A stretch of 64,000 nt of DNA from an uncultured virus (IMG/VR IMGVR_UViG_3300047160_009670). Lineage: Duplodnaviria > Heunggongvirae > Uroviricota > Caudoviricetes. The translations under genes and the position numbers were made by a program. Of this stretch, positions 49,391-57,921 are shown piece after piece. The notes below the pieces were generated by a model that was not told where the DNA came from, did not search any database, and saw only the letters and a list, made by a program, of their open reading frames with translations. Numbering within the stretch: position 1 is the stretch's first letter; each line of letters starts with the position of its first letter. Where the stretch lies: the IMG/VR virus record IMGVR_UViG_3300047160_009670; one strand, written 5' to 3'.

Positions 49391-50191
49391 ATGTCTACCA
49401 ATGCAGTACCCCCCGGATTGAATACGTCCGGGAACATCCTGCCGGCGACGTTCTGCAAGCTGCTTGCGACGACGCCCAAGACCATCGCCCAATGCGTTGC
49501 GAATGATCCGGTCTACTGCGTTTCCCAACTGGGTACGCATGACGCCCCGGGCCTGGCCGGTTCGACCGGCTTCGCCGCGAATGCGGGGTTGAATCAACCG
49601 ATTCAGATATTCATCATCGGCGATGTTTGCCCGCTGGCGTCCAATCCCGCCGGCGTCGGCTGGACACAGGGGGATTTCCTGCGCTCCGATGCTCTGGGCT
49701 ACGGGGCGACCGGCAGCCCGGGTACCGACAACATCGGCGCCCGCGCTCTGGAAACGGTTACGCCCGGCCAGGTCGGCCTGGTGCATCTGATCCCGTCTAC
49801 CGACAGCCTGGCCCCGGCTTATCAGGTCACGACGGCGACGACGGCGCAGACCATCAATCTGAGCGCCGCGCAGGCCGGTACCGTCCAGGCCGCCAACGTT
49901 ACGACCAGCGGCTTCGCTACCTACAACCTGCCGCCCGTCGCTACCGTCGTCCCGGGCGACCGGTTCGTCATCGTCAATCAGGCGAACCCGGCCGCGACGG
50001 GTACAACCGTCATGGTCAACCCGGCCGACGTTGCTACCGTAACCATGTACGGCAACGGGTTCGCCGCGAACCAGCATGGCGCTGTGGATACTATCGGAAC
50101 CGCCCGGCCGGGAGATTCGATTACCGTTGTCTACGACGGGGCGAACTGGGAAGTCGTTTCGGTCCTGGGAACGTGGGCCGCGCATGCGTAA
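49391..50191 (+). CDS. Capsid cement/decoration protein with extra C-terminal domain
   Basis: Between scaffold and major capsid gene; GDFLRSDALGYG...GARALE resembles DUF2190-type cement proteins. Confidence 0.65.
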   Translation: MSTNAVPPGLNTSGNILPATFCKLLATTPKTIAQCVANDPVYCVSQLGTHDAPGLAGSTGFAANAGLNQPIQIFIIGDVCPLASNPAGVGWTQGDFLRSDALGYGATGSPGTDNIGARALETVTPGQVGLVHLIPSTDSLAPAYQVTTATTAQTINLSAAQAGTVQAANVTTSGFATYNLPPVATVVPGDRFVIVNQANPAATGTTVMVNPADVATVTMYGNGFAANQHGAVDTIGTARPGDSITVVYDGANWEVVSVLGTWAAHA

Positions 50192-50302
50192 ACCGGGCCG
50201 GGGCGGCTTCGCCCCGGCATCCTTCATCCAGCCGAACCCTGACGCGGGCGGCGGCCGGTCTGCCGCGCCGGCCCCGCGCCGAACAATGGAGCGCATTCTT
50301 AC

Positions 50303-51391
50303 ATGGTAGCATCAACCCCTGTAGCAACTAACGTTTTCGTTCCGAACCATGCGGCAACCGGCGGTCTGCTCGCTGGCTTTTCTCGGAACCCGAAGGCGTT
50401 CGCGTACAACCGGTACAGCCAGATTTTCCCCGTGCCCAAGATGTTGGGCTATTACGCGACCTGGACCAGCCGCCAGGCGGCCCGCATCCATAACACGGAC
50501 CTGCGGGATTTCATCTGGCGCGATGGCAACGATGCGCCGACTGGCGTTGACAACCTTGAATCATTTTCATACGTTCTGTATGAAAGCAATCGTTATGCGT
50601 TTCCATTCACACTGGGCGACCTGACCATCGGTCAAGCCGACTGGCCGGTCCTGCAAGCCCATTCCGAAGTCGTGGCGCAGCAAGCCATGACGGGCCGGAC
50701 GGCCCTGGGGTTCTCGCAATGGGGGAACATCACGGCGACGACCCCCTGGGGAACGCATTGCGCCAACGTCGATGGCGCTGGCGGCGCGACCGCCAACGGC
50801 AACGCGGCCATCCTGCCGTCGGGGCGCAACTTCACGAACGGATCGGCGACCCAGCCGAACGTGCAGATTGCCCTGAACTACGGCACGAAATTCATCAACA
50901 TTGATACCCTGGCCGCCCTGGGCATGCGCGATACAGCCTTGGTCATGAATCCAAACATGGCGATGACAACTGCGCAATCCCCGGAAATCCATGCGTACTT
51001 CCAGGGCAGTCCGTTCGCCCAGGCGCAGATTCGCGGGGACCAGCCATCCCTGAACGAGAAATGGGGCCTGCCCGATATCATTTACGGGCATCCATTCATT
51101 GTTGAAGATGCAGTCATTGATACAAACCTGCGCGGGTCCAGCCCGGACAACCCCGGGTATGTCGTCCCTGACGGGACCGCGCTCCTGACCAGCCGCGTCG
51201 GCGGGCTGGAAGGGGTCGGCGGCAGCCCGGCCCATTCAACCATCGTGACGTTCTACTTCCAGGATGATATGACAGTTCAGTCATATCATGACCAGAACAA
51301 CGAATTGACCCGTGGACGGGTCAAGACCAATTTCGTTGTCAAGGTTGTTCAATTCTACGCTGGTTTCTTGTTCGGCCGCATCGCCGGCTAG
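50303..51391 (+). CDS. Major capsid protein
   Basis: 362 aa; position; ALVMNP and GLPDIIYG.P.IV HK97-like elements. Confidence 0.75.
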   Translation: MVASTPVATNVFVPNHAATGGLLAGFSRNPKAFAYNRYSQIFPVPKMLGYYATWTSRQAARIHNTDLRDFIWRDGNDAPTGVDNLESFSYVLYESNRYAFPFTLGDLTIGQADWPVLQAHSEVVAQQAMTGRTALGFSQWGNITATTPWGTHCANVDGAGGATANGNAAILPSGRNFTNGSATQPNVQIALNYGTKFINIDTLAALGMRDTALVMNPNMAMTTAQSPEIHAYFQGSPFAQAQIRGDQPSLNEKWGLPDIIYGHPFIVEDAVIDTNLRGSSPDNPGYVVPDGTALLTSRVGGLEGVGGSPAHSTIVTFYFQDDMTVQSYHDQNNELTRGRVKTNFVVKVVQFYAGFLFGRIAG

Positions 51392-51403
51392 ACGGGGGCC
51401 GCC

Positions 51404-51961
51404 ATGCAAACCGTTCAATCGGCAACCGTACCATATGCCACGCCGGCCCAGTTCCTTGCTACCTACGACTACCGGCCGGCGGGGCAACTGGTACGGGATG
51501 ACGGTACCCAGGCCGGTTCGTCGGACCTGACCGTCCCGGATGCGAACCTGCAATGGGCCTTGATGGAAGCGACCGGCGAGATTGAAATGATGGCCAGCAT
51601 CGGCCAAAGGTATAGTCCGACCGACCTGCAAAACCTGGCGAACAGCAATACCGCCGGCGCGGCCATCCTGGCCAAGATGACTTGCGATATCGCCGCGGAA
51701 TACCTGCGCGAACGCCGCTTGATTCCAGCCATCAACCCGTACCCGGCCTACCTGCGCGCGCAGCAAAAGCTGGATGCCCTGGCCACGGGCGGGGCCATTT
51801 TCCCGTTTACCGAAGCCGCCAAGGCTGGGGTTGCAGATAATTACACATTCAATCAAACCGATATTGACAACGTAAACCTGATTACCCGTAACAGATTCGC
51901 ATGGGGCGTCCGCGGATCGTACGGGGTCGGCTTCCCCGGTTCGTCGGCGGGGATGGGATAG
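51404..51961 (+). CDS. Head-tail adaptor (Mu gp36/DUF1320-like)
   Basis: YAT....L..YD.....L..D...ALMEATGEI......RY...L....CDIA..YL..RR. Confidence 0.75.
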   Translation: MQTVQSATVPYATPAQFLATYDYRPAGQLVRDDGTQAGSSDLTVPDANLQWALMEATGEIEMMASIGQRYSPTDLQNLANSNTAGAAILAKMTCDIAAEYLRERRLIPAINPYPAYLRAQQKLDALATGGAIFPFTEAAKAGVADNYTFNQTDIDNVNLITRNRFAWGVRGSYGVGFPGSSAGMG

Positions 51962-51963
51962 CC

Positions 51964-54900
51964 ATGGGCAGGCGTAGGCGCAGGGAACGGTACGACAGGC
52001 CAGGCGCTAATCCTGACCTGCTAGCGCCGATTGAATACCGCAAGCCCTTTTCCGTCTTCGAACATCCGACGGTATGGACGCCAGGCGGCACGTCCAGCGT
52101 AGTCGGCATGTACGACGTTCACGGCTACTTCCCTGGCCGGCGCTACGCGGATGTTCTGGATGCCCGGATAGATCAAGCCCGCAAGCCGATGGGGGTCGGC
52201 AAGACCGGCCAGTTCCCGGGCCGCGTTCCCGGCTGGGGTCCGGGCGCCATGGTACCTGGCGGGCGCCCTGCCCCAGTCATGCCCCCGAAGCCCAAGCCAG
52301 AGGAACGGCTACCGGATGAACCGGATGAATATATTCCGACCAAATGGCGCGAAGGGTCTACCCCGCGCGGGGCCAGCGAAATCCAGCCGCTGTTTCCGCG
52401 GCCGACCAGAAAGTTCGTACCGGCCCCCTGGACCCCGTCGCGCCTGAAAGAACATGCCGAAATGGATCAACCCATAGAAGAATTAGAACCCCTTGGTAGG
52501 TTTGCCAGGGACCGGCGCCCCGTCCGGTATCAAGGCCCGGAACAGGCGCCCGCGCCGGTCATCCTGCCCGAACGGAAGACGCCGGCTGCGGAACCGGCGC
52601 CGCCGCCGTCGGCGTTCCGCCAAGCCGCTCGCGTCTTTGCTACGGGCAAGGGAACAGTAATCAGCCCGGGCCGGATGCAGGTACAGCCCATCCCCGGGGG
52701 CGTTGCCTATCCCGAAGAATTCGAAGAACAATTGAAGGGAACCCCATTTGAAAAACCTAAGCCAGAAGACACATTTGTACGCACTACGGTAGCTGACTTC
52801 CCGGGACATGAACATATCCCTGACGTAACGCTGCGCGCGCAAATCCTGCCCAAGAGGCCGGGAATCCTGCCGGAAGGTTTCCATGTTCCAGTCAATCCGC
52901 GTCAATTGCATACCGGCCTGAAGGCAGCCCCGGAATTGTCGCGCCGGTACTTCAACAAGGCAATGCAGCGGACAGGTCAGGAAATCGAAGCGACCCGGCA
53001 GAAATTTGTGCCGCCGGCCCGCGTACTGGGACCGGTCCCGCGCGACCTATCCAAGCCGCAAAAGATGAAGGAACAGTACGCCATGACCAGCGGTCCAGCG
53101 ATCCGCAACGCCATGCTGCGCCGCATCGCCAGGGGGTTCGCGGCGTACCGTCGGCGCAACAAGGAACGGGAACGCTTCCAGTACATTGCTCGGATGACGG
53201 CGCCAACCCGATACCAGATGGTCCCCGATACGACCGGGACCGCGGGCGGCGCCATCCCCCGCGAACGACCGGTCCCGGTTACTTCGGGTCAAGCCGGGGT
53301 CATAGGTTCAAGTAATCCCCTGGGCGGCGGACAGGGCGCGTACGTGTCCCCCGCGCAGGCCGGGGCCGGCTTGCGACCGACCGGCATGTACGGACCGGCG
53401 CGGTACCAAGCCGATGACGAACCAAGGGGGCTACAACGGGTAACCCCGCCGGAACATCCTGCGACCTACTACACAAGCCCGTACGCCAGCCGGCAGCCGA
53501 CCCCCGCGGAAGTCAGTCACGCGGAAGGATTATCACGTACCGATATCATGAGGTCGCGGGCGCAGGTCCAGGGGCGGGCCATCCCGACCCCGCCAGGTCA
53601 ACCGCCCCCGGCCCCGCCCATGCGCCCTGGACCGGCCGCCATGCGGCAGAAAGCGCTCCAGGCGCAGCGCGGCTATCGGGGCGTACCGGCAGGAACCCCG
53701 GCGCCGGAACTGCCCCCCGGGCGGCCCCCGCCGGAATGGCCGCGCCCGGCGACCGGTCTGACTGAAGAAATCAACAAGGTAGGCGCGGCGGAAGAACGGG
53801 CGCAGATGGCCGCGTGGGCGCGCCGGGTAGGGGGCCTGGAAGACGTTCCGGGTCAACCGTCGGGATACGGCATGCCGACCGTTACCCCCGAACAGCGCCA
53901 GGCCGATTTGCGGCGCCTGGATGCGATCAAAGAAATGCACGATCAACAGCGCGAAGATATAAACAGGCTACGAAAAGCTTATGGCAAGCCCGAATTGCCG
54001 CCGCGCCATCGGTTGCGGGAATCTACCGCGCCATGGCAGCCGAACCCAAAGCTGGGGGCCATCATGCAACGGATTGCCCCGCGAAAGCTGGGCGAATTGG
54101 TTCCAGAACCCGTAACCCCGCCGGGCATGACCAATCAACAGCGCCTGAAAGCGCTACGGGAATTCCAGGCGCCCATGCCGCCGGCAGGTCCGCCAGCGCC
54201 GCCGGCAGCGGGGCAGGGGGCGGGTCAAGGGGGCGCGGGAATTACCCGCGGCGGCGCCGGCGCCGGCGGTCAGGCGGCGCGCGGCGACAGGACGGGCGTG
54301 GCGCAGGGATTCGCCAGCGTCGGCCTGGGACCGACCCGGAAATTCGCGCCCCAGATGACAGATGAAGAAGCGAGACAAGCATACATAGGTTCGCATGGGT
54401 TCGGGTTTCCAAAAAAAAAAGGTAAGACCCGCGAACAGTACGCCATGACCCCGCAAGGGGTCTGGACCAATCCCGATCCCATCGCGGCATCCCGGGGCGG
54501 AACCCAAATGCCTTCGGGCCTGGGAATGGCGCCCCAGATGCCGCAGCCAGCGCCGGCAGCCGGCGCGGGGCGGTTTGTGCCGGTGACTGGGAAAGCAGGC
54601 GAATTCATGATGGGCCAGCGCCCCGGAGGATTCATCCCGGTTACCGGCGCGCCCGGCGGTCGTCAGGAAGGCCCCAGGATCGGCCCAGAGCGGCCCGGGG
54701 CCAAAGGCGGGGCGGCAGGGGCAGGGGAACCCGCCCCGGACCGTCCGCGGGCGCGGACCGAACGGCCGACGGAAAATACCGCGGCCCAGATGCGGGGGCA
54801 GATGCGGGCGATGGGCGGGGTCGGTCCGCCGATTCCCGGACCCAGGCTACCGGGCCGGGGCAACGTCCGCCCGAACCAATGGGGTCGCGGCGGGGCCGGC

Positions 54901-55497
54901 GGCGGCGGGTTCCGGGGCCTGGGGAACGCGATACCCGGCCAAAGGCCCCGGCCGATGTTCCGCGGCGGGCGCGAATTGGGACCGGCCGGGCAACAATTCT
55001 GGCAAGACGTAAAACGGGAACAAGCGAACATAGAACCACGTCTTGAAGCGCAGGGCCGGGCGGAATTGGCGCGGCGGCGGGCCGCGATTGAAGAACGGGC
55101 CGCCCCCGCGCAGGAAGGGCTGGGCGAAACCGGGGCGTTCGCGGCGGGATTCGGTCAGCAAGCGGCAGCGGGCCGACGGGGCGGCGGCGCGATACCCAGG
55201 GTTCCCCCGCCTGCGGGCGCAGTACCGGCCGCAAGGCCAGCGGCGCCCGCGGCCCCGGCAAGGCCGGCAGCGGCTAGGCCCCCGGGCGAAGCGCTGTTCG
55301 GGCCGCTCGCTGAAGGATTCGCCCCGCCCGGCATGGTCGCGCGGCGGGCCAAGCTGCGCGATGAATACAACCTGAAAACAGACCAGCAACTGCAACGCAT
55401 TGATGACCCGCTCGCGCGCCAAATCCTGTACGAACGCGCGGACGAACGGCGGCGGCATCCGTTCCCCTGGACCGAAAAGGCAGCGGGCAAACGATAG
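51964..55497 (+). CDS. Large Pro/Gly/Arg-rich polyprotein 4
   Basis: Starts MGRRRRRERYD; EQYAMT twice; RYQ three times; largely low complexity. Confidence 0.7.
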   Translation: MGRRRRRERYDRPGANPDLLAPIEYRKPFSVFEHPTVWTPGGTSSVVGMYDVHGYFPGRRYADVLDARIDQARKPMGVGKTGQFPGRVPGWGPGAMVPGGRPAPVMPPKPKPEERLPDEPDEYIPTKWREGSTPRGASEIQPLFPRPTRKFVPAPWTPSRLKEHAEMDQPIEELEPLGRFARDRRPVRYQGPEQAPAPVILPERKTPAAEPAPPPSAFRQAARVFATGKGTVISPGRMQVQPIPGGVAYPEEFEEQLKGTPFEKPKPEDTFVRTTVADFPGHEHIPDVTLRAQILPKRPGILPEGFHVPVNPRQLHTGLKAAPELSRRYFNKAMQRTGQEIEATRQKFVPPARVLGPVPRDLSKPQKMKEQYAMTSGPAIRNAMLRRIARGFAAYRRRNKERERFQYIARMTAPTRYQMVPDTTGTAGGAIPRERPVPVTSGQAGVIGSSNPLGGGQGAYVSPAQAGAGLRPTGMYGPARYQADDEPRGLQRVTPPEHPATYYTSPYASRQPTPAEVSHAEGLSRTDIMRSRAQVQGRAIPTPPGQPPPAPPMRPGPAAMRQKALQAQRGYRGVPAGTPAPELPPGRPPPEWPRPATGLTEEINKVGAAEERAQMAAWARRVGGLEDVPGQPSGYGMPTVTPEQRQADLRRLDAIKEMHDQQREDINRLRKAYGKPELPPRHRLRESTAPWQPNPKLGAIMQRIAPRKLGELVPEPVTPPGMTNQQRLKALREFQAPMPPAGPPAPPAAGQGAGQGGAGITRGGAGAGGQAARGDRTGVAQGFASVGLGPTRKFAPQMTDEEARQAYIGSHGFGFPKKKGKTREQYAMTPQGVWTNPDPIAASRGGTQMPSGLGMAPQMPQPAPAAGAGRFVPVTGKAGEFMMGQRPGGFIPVTGAPGGRQEGPRIGPERPGAKGGAAGAGEPAPDRPRARTERPTENTAAQMRGQMRAMGGVGPPIPGPRLPGRGNVRPNQWGRGGAGGGGFRGLGNAIPGQRPRPMFRGGRELGPAGQQFWQDVKREQANIEPRLEAQGRAELARRRAAIEERAAPAQEGLGETGAFAAGFGQQAAAGRRGGGAIPRVPPPAGAVPAARPAAPAAPARPAAARPPGEALFGPLAEGFAPPGMVARRAKLRDEYNLKTDQQLQRIDDPLARQILYERADERRRHPFPWTEKAAGKR

Positions 55498-55508
55498 GGG
55501 GCTAGTCC

Positions 55509-56120
55509 ATGGCAGGCGTTCCGGTAGAAATCCGCGTAGCCGGTCCGACCTGGCATTTCTGCGGGACGGGGGGGAACAATGCGCTGGAATTCCTGGGGAC
55601 TTGCGAAGGGGATACCCAGCTAAACTTTGTCATCTTGCAGGAAGGTATCAAAACAGATGTATCTGGACCCATGATGAATCATGATTCACAATGGATGGGT
55701 ATCGCCCTGACCGCATCCGGTATGTTTTCGTGGTACAACGAAACCGTCTTGCTGAAACTTATGTCGGGCCTGCCCGGGTTCAATGGGATGTTCCAGACCG
55801 CATCCTTCAACCCCGGTCAAATCCCCCTGCAAGGGCTGGGATGCCTGACCGCGCTCGAAGGCGGCGGCTGCCGGTACTTGGTCTACGCGCCTTACAATAC
55901 CAAGGCGGTCTTCGGCGACATGATTAAAGGCATCAACATGCCCATTGCCAAGATGGTAGGCCCGCATAGTACCGCATGGTCAACCCGGTACAAGCGCAAC
56001 AACTTTACCATCGAATGCCAGCCGGCCCTGACCGCGACGAACCAAGGGGTCACGGGCGTTGTCTGGAATCAAGATGTATCTGGAATTCCAACATTCAGCT
56101 ATAACAACCAAGGAATCTAA
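55509..56120 (+). CDS. Putative tail tube protein
   Basis: About 200 aa, beta-rich, directly before chaperone and tape-measure-like genes. Confidence 0.55.
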   Translation: MAGVPVEIRVAGPTWHFCGTGGNNALEFLGTCEGDTQLNFVILQEGIKTDVSGPMMNHDSQWMGIALTASGMFSWYNETVLLKLMSGLPGFNGMFQTASFNPGQIPLQGLGCLTALEGGGCRYLVYAPYNTKAVFGDMIKGINMPIAKMVGPHSTAWSTRYKRNNFTIECQPALTATNQGVTGVVWNQDVSGIPTFSYNNQGI

Positions 56121-56122
56121 CC

Positions 56123-57015
56123 ATGTTTTCGGATCAGGATAAGTTGATCTTCCCGTATCAGGACGGCAGCCGGGACGACAACGGCGCCCTGCGCTGGGTC
56201 CATGGCGACCCCCTGGAATTTTCCATGCGGATCAGCCGGGCGGCCGCTGAAGACAACTTCAAGGATATTCTTGACCAGATGGCCAACGCCCCCAGCCCAT
56301 TTCTCGACAAGGAAGGGACCGTACGGAACCCGGACTACGACCCGGTAAACCATCCTGCGCTCATTGCCATGAATACCGAACGGGCCATCCCGATCATTCA
56401 AAAGATTTTTAATATCATTCCGCTTGATAAGGTAACCGGGCTGGGCCTGACCTGGGATCAAACCATGGCCGTCATGCGGGCATTCAACCGGTTCCAGGCC
56501 GATCTAAAAAAAAATGGCGGGGGTTCGCCGAACACGTTGCAACCTGGGGATGGTATCCCCATGGATACGGCAGCGCCGATCAATCTGCGGGAAGCCAGGC
56601 CGACCCTGCCGACGGACCCGCCGGACCCGCCGGAACCGGCCGCCGATATGGACGTGGGCAAGGCGGCCTTATTGGCCGCGGGCCGGGCGGCCATCCTGGC
56701 GCAAAAGCGACCGGCCGTCCCCGTATCCGCCGCCGGCTTCGGCGGCCCCGCTCCCGTCCTGCCCCCTTCGATTATGCAGCCTATTGCGGCTTCGAATGGA
56801 ATAAGCCCCGGGTTCAAGCAATCGCAGCCATTGCCCTGGCCCGTGCCCAGGCCGCAGCCGCCGGAAAACCGGACCGGGCCTATGTAGACGCCCTGGCGCC
56901 CGACGAAAGCCTGATTGACTACCTGACCTGGCAAATCGAAACCGGGGTAGAACAGTCCCGGGCCATTGCCGATTCGCAGGCGCGGGCCATGGCGCAGGGC
57001 ATGGGGATCGGTTAG
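56123..57015 (+). CDS. Tail assembly chaperone (56123-56887) with -1 frameshift product ending 57015
   Basis: A9 slippery run 56506-56514; -1 frame open to TAG at 57013-57015, just before the next ATG at 57019. Confidence 0.8.
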
Positions 57016-57018
57016 AAC

Positions 57019-57918
57019 ATGCCTACAGATGACGATTTCTATAACCTTGCCGTTGCCGGCGACAAGAAACTTCACGACCTGATTGATGAATCCAAGGCCG
57101 GCTTCGACTGCGTTTGTACCGCAATTCATAAAACAAACGATATATCGTCATCGGGTTTTACCGAACTGAAGATTGCCGCGACCGAAACGCCCAAGGCCCC
57201 CGGCCTGGGGGGGGGCCAGCCTGCCCCTGCGCCCCCGGCCTTGGTCCCGCCCGCGGCCCCCGAAGGCAATGCAGTCCTGGCGTTCATGAAGGATATCGCG
57301 GGGGATTTCCTGAAGGCGGTAACCGCCGTATCGGCCGCAGTCGAAGGAATCCGGCTGGCTGCCGAAGGGTTCAATGCCCTGGCGCGATCCAATGCCCAGT
57401 ACAGCCCCGAAGCGATCATGGCGTATGCAAGACAAGATATGAATCAGATTTTACGCCAGTTGCAGATTTCCGCGGCGACCGCCGATACGTCCGTCGCCAT
57501 GGCCCAGTCGGTAGACCGGATGCGCGAAGCCTGGATGGGGTTTGATATCGCGTTCGCCAACGTCCGCAACGAATTCGGCCGGTTCGCCGCCGATATCGGC
57601 ACGGTCAGCGGCATGATGGCAACCCAGATGGCAACGAACGCGGGCGGCTGGGTCGATACGGTCCTGACCGCCCTGGGCCTGAACGACCTGCGCGCCGGCG
57701 GCATGACAGGCGTTATCAATCAGATGCTGAACCCGGGCAATGCCTTTCAGATGGCCCTGGCGGCCTTGCCGTTGTGGCTCGGCGATATCCGGGGCCTGAT
57801 AAACGGGGCCTTGGAAGACATGAAGGCGGCCCTGGCTGCCCCGGCCGGCGGCGGCGGCCTGGCCGATCCGGCAGCGAACATGCTCTGGGGCGTTGCCGTC
57901 CCGCGCTTAAGGCGATAA
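57019..57918 (+). CDS. Short tape-measure-like helical protein
   Basis: Follows the chaperone; Ala/Met/Gly-rich amphipathic helices; only 299 aa. Confidence 0.55.
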   Translation: MPTDDDFYNLAVAGDKKLHDLIDESKAGFDCVCTAIHKTNDISSSGFTELKIAATETPKAPGLGGGQPAPAPPALVPPAAPEGNAVLAFMKDIAGDFLKAVTAVSAAVEGIRLAAEGFNALARSNAQYSPEAIMAYARQDMNQILRQLQISAATADTSVAMAQSVDRMREAWMGFDIAFANVRNEFGRFAADIGTVSGMMATQMATNAGGWVDTVLTALGLNDLRAGGMTGVINQMLNPGNAFQMALAALPLWLGDIRGLINGALEDMKAALAAPAGGGGLADPAANMLWGVAVPRLRR

Positions 57919-57921
57919 TCT

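Noticed and set aside
38173..51961. Transposable Mu-like lifestyle
   Set aside because: Only head genes are Mu-like; no transposase or MuB homologue in the window
54411..54420. A10 run as a programmed frameshift in polyprotein 4
   Set aside because: The -1 frame meets TAA within two codons, and the run is explained by Lys codons
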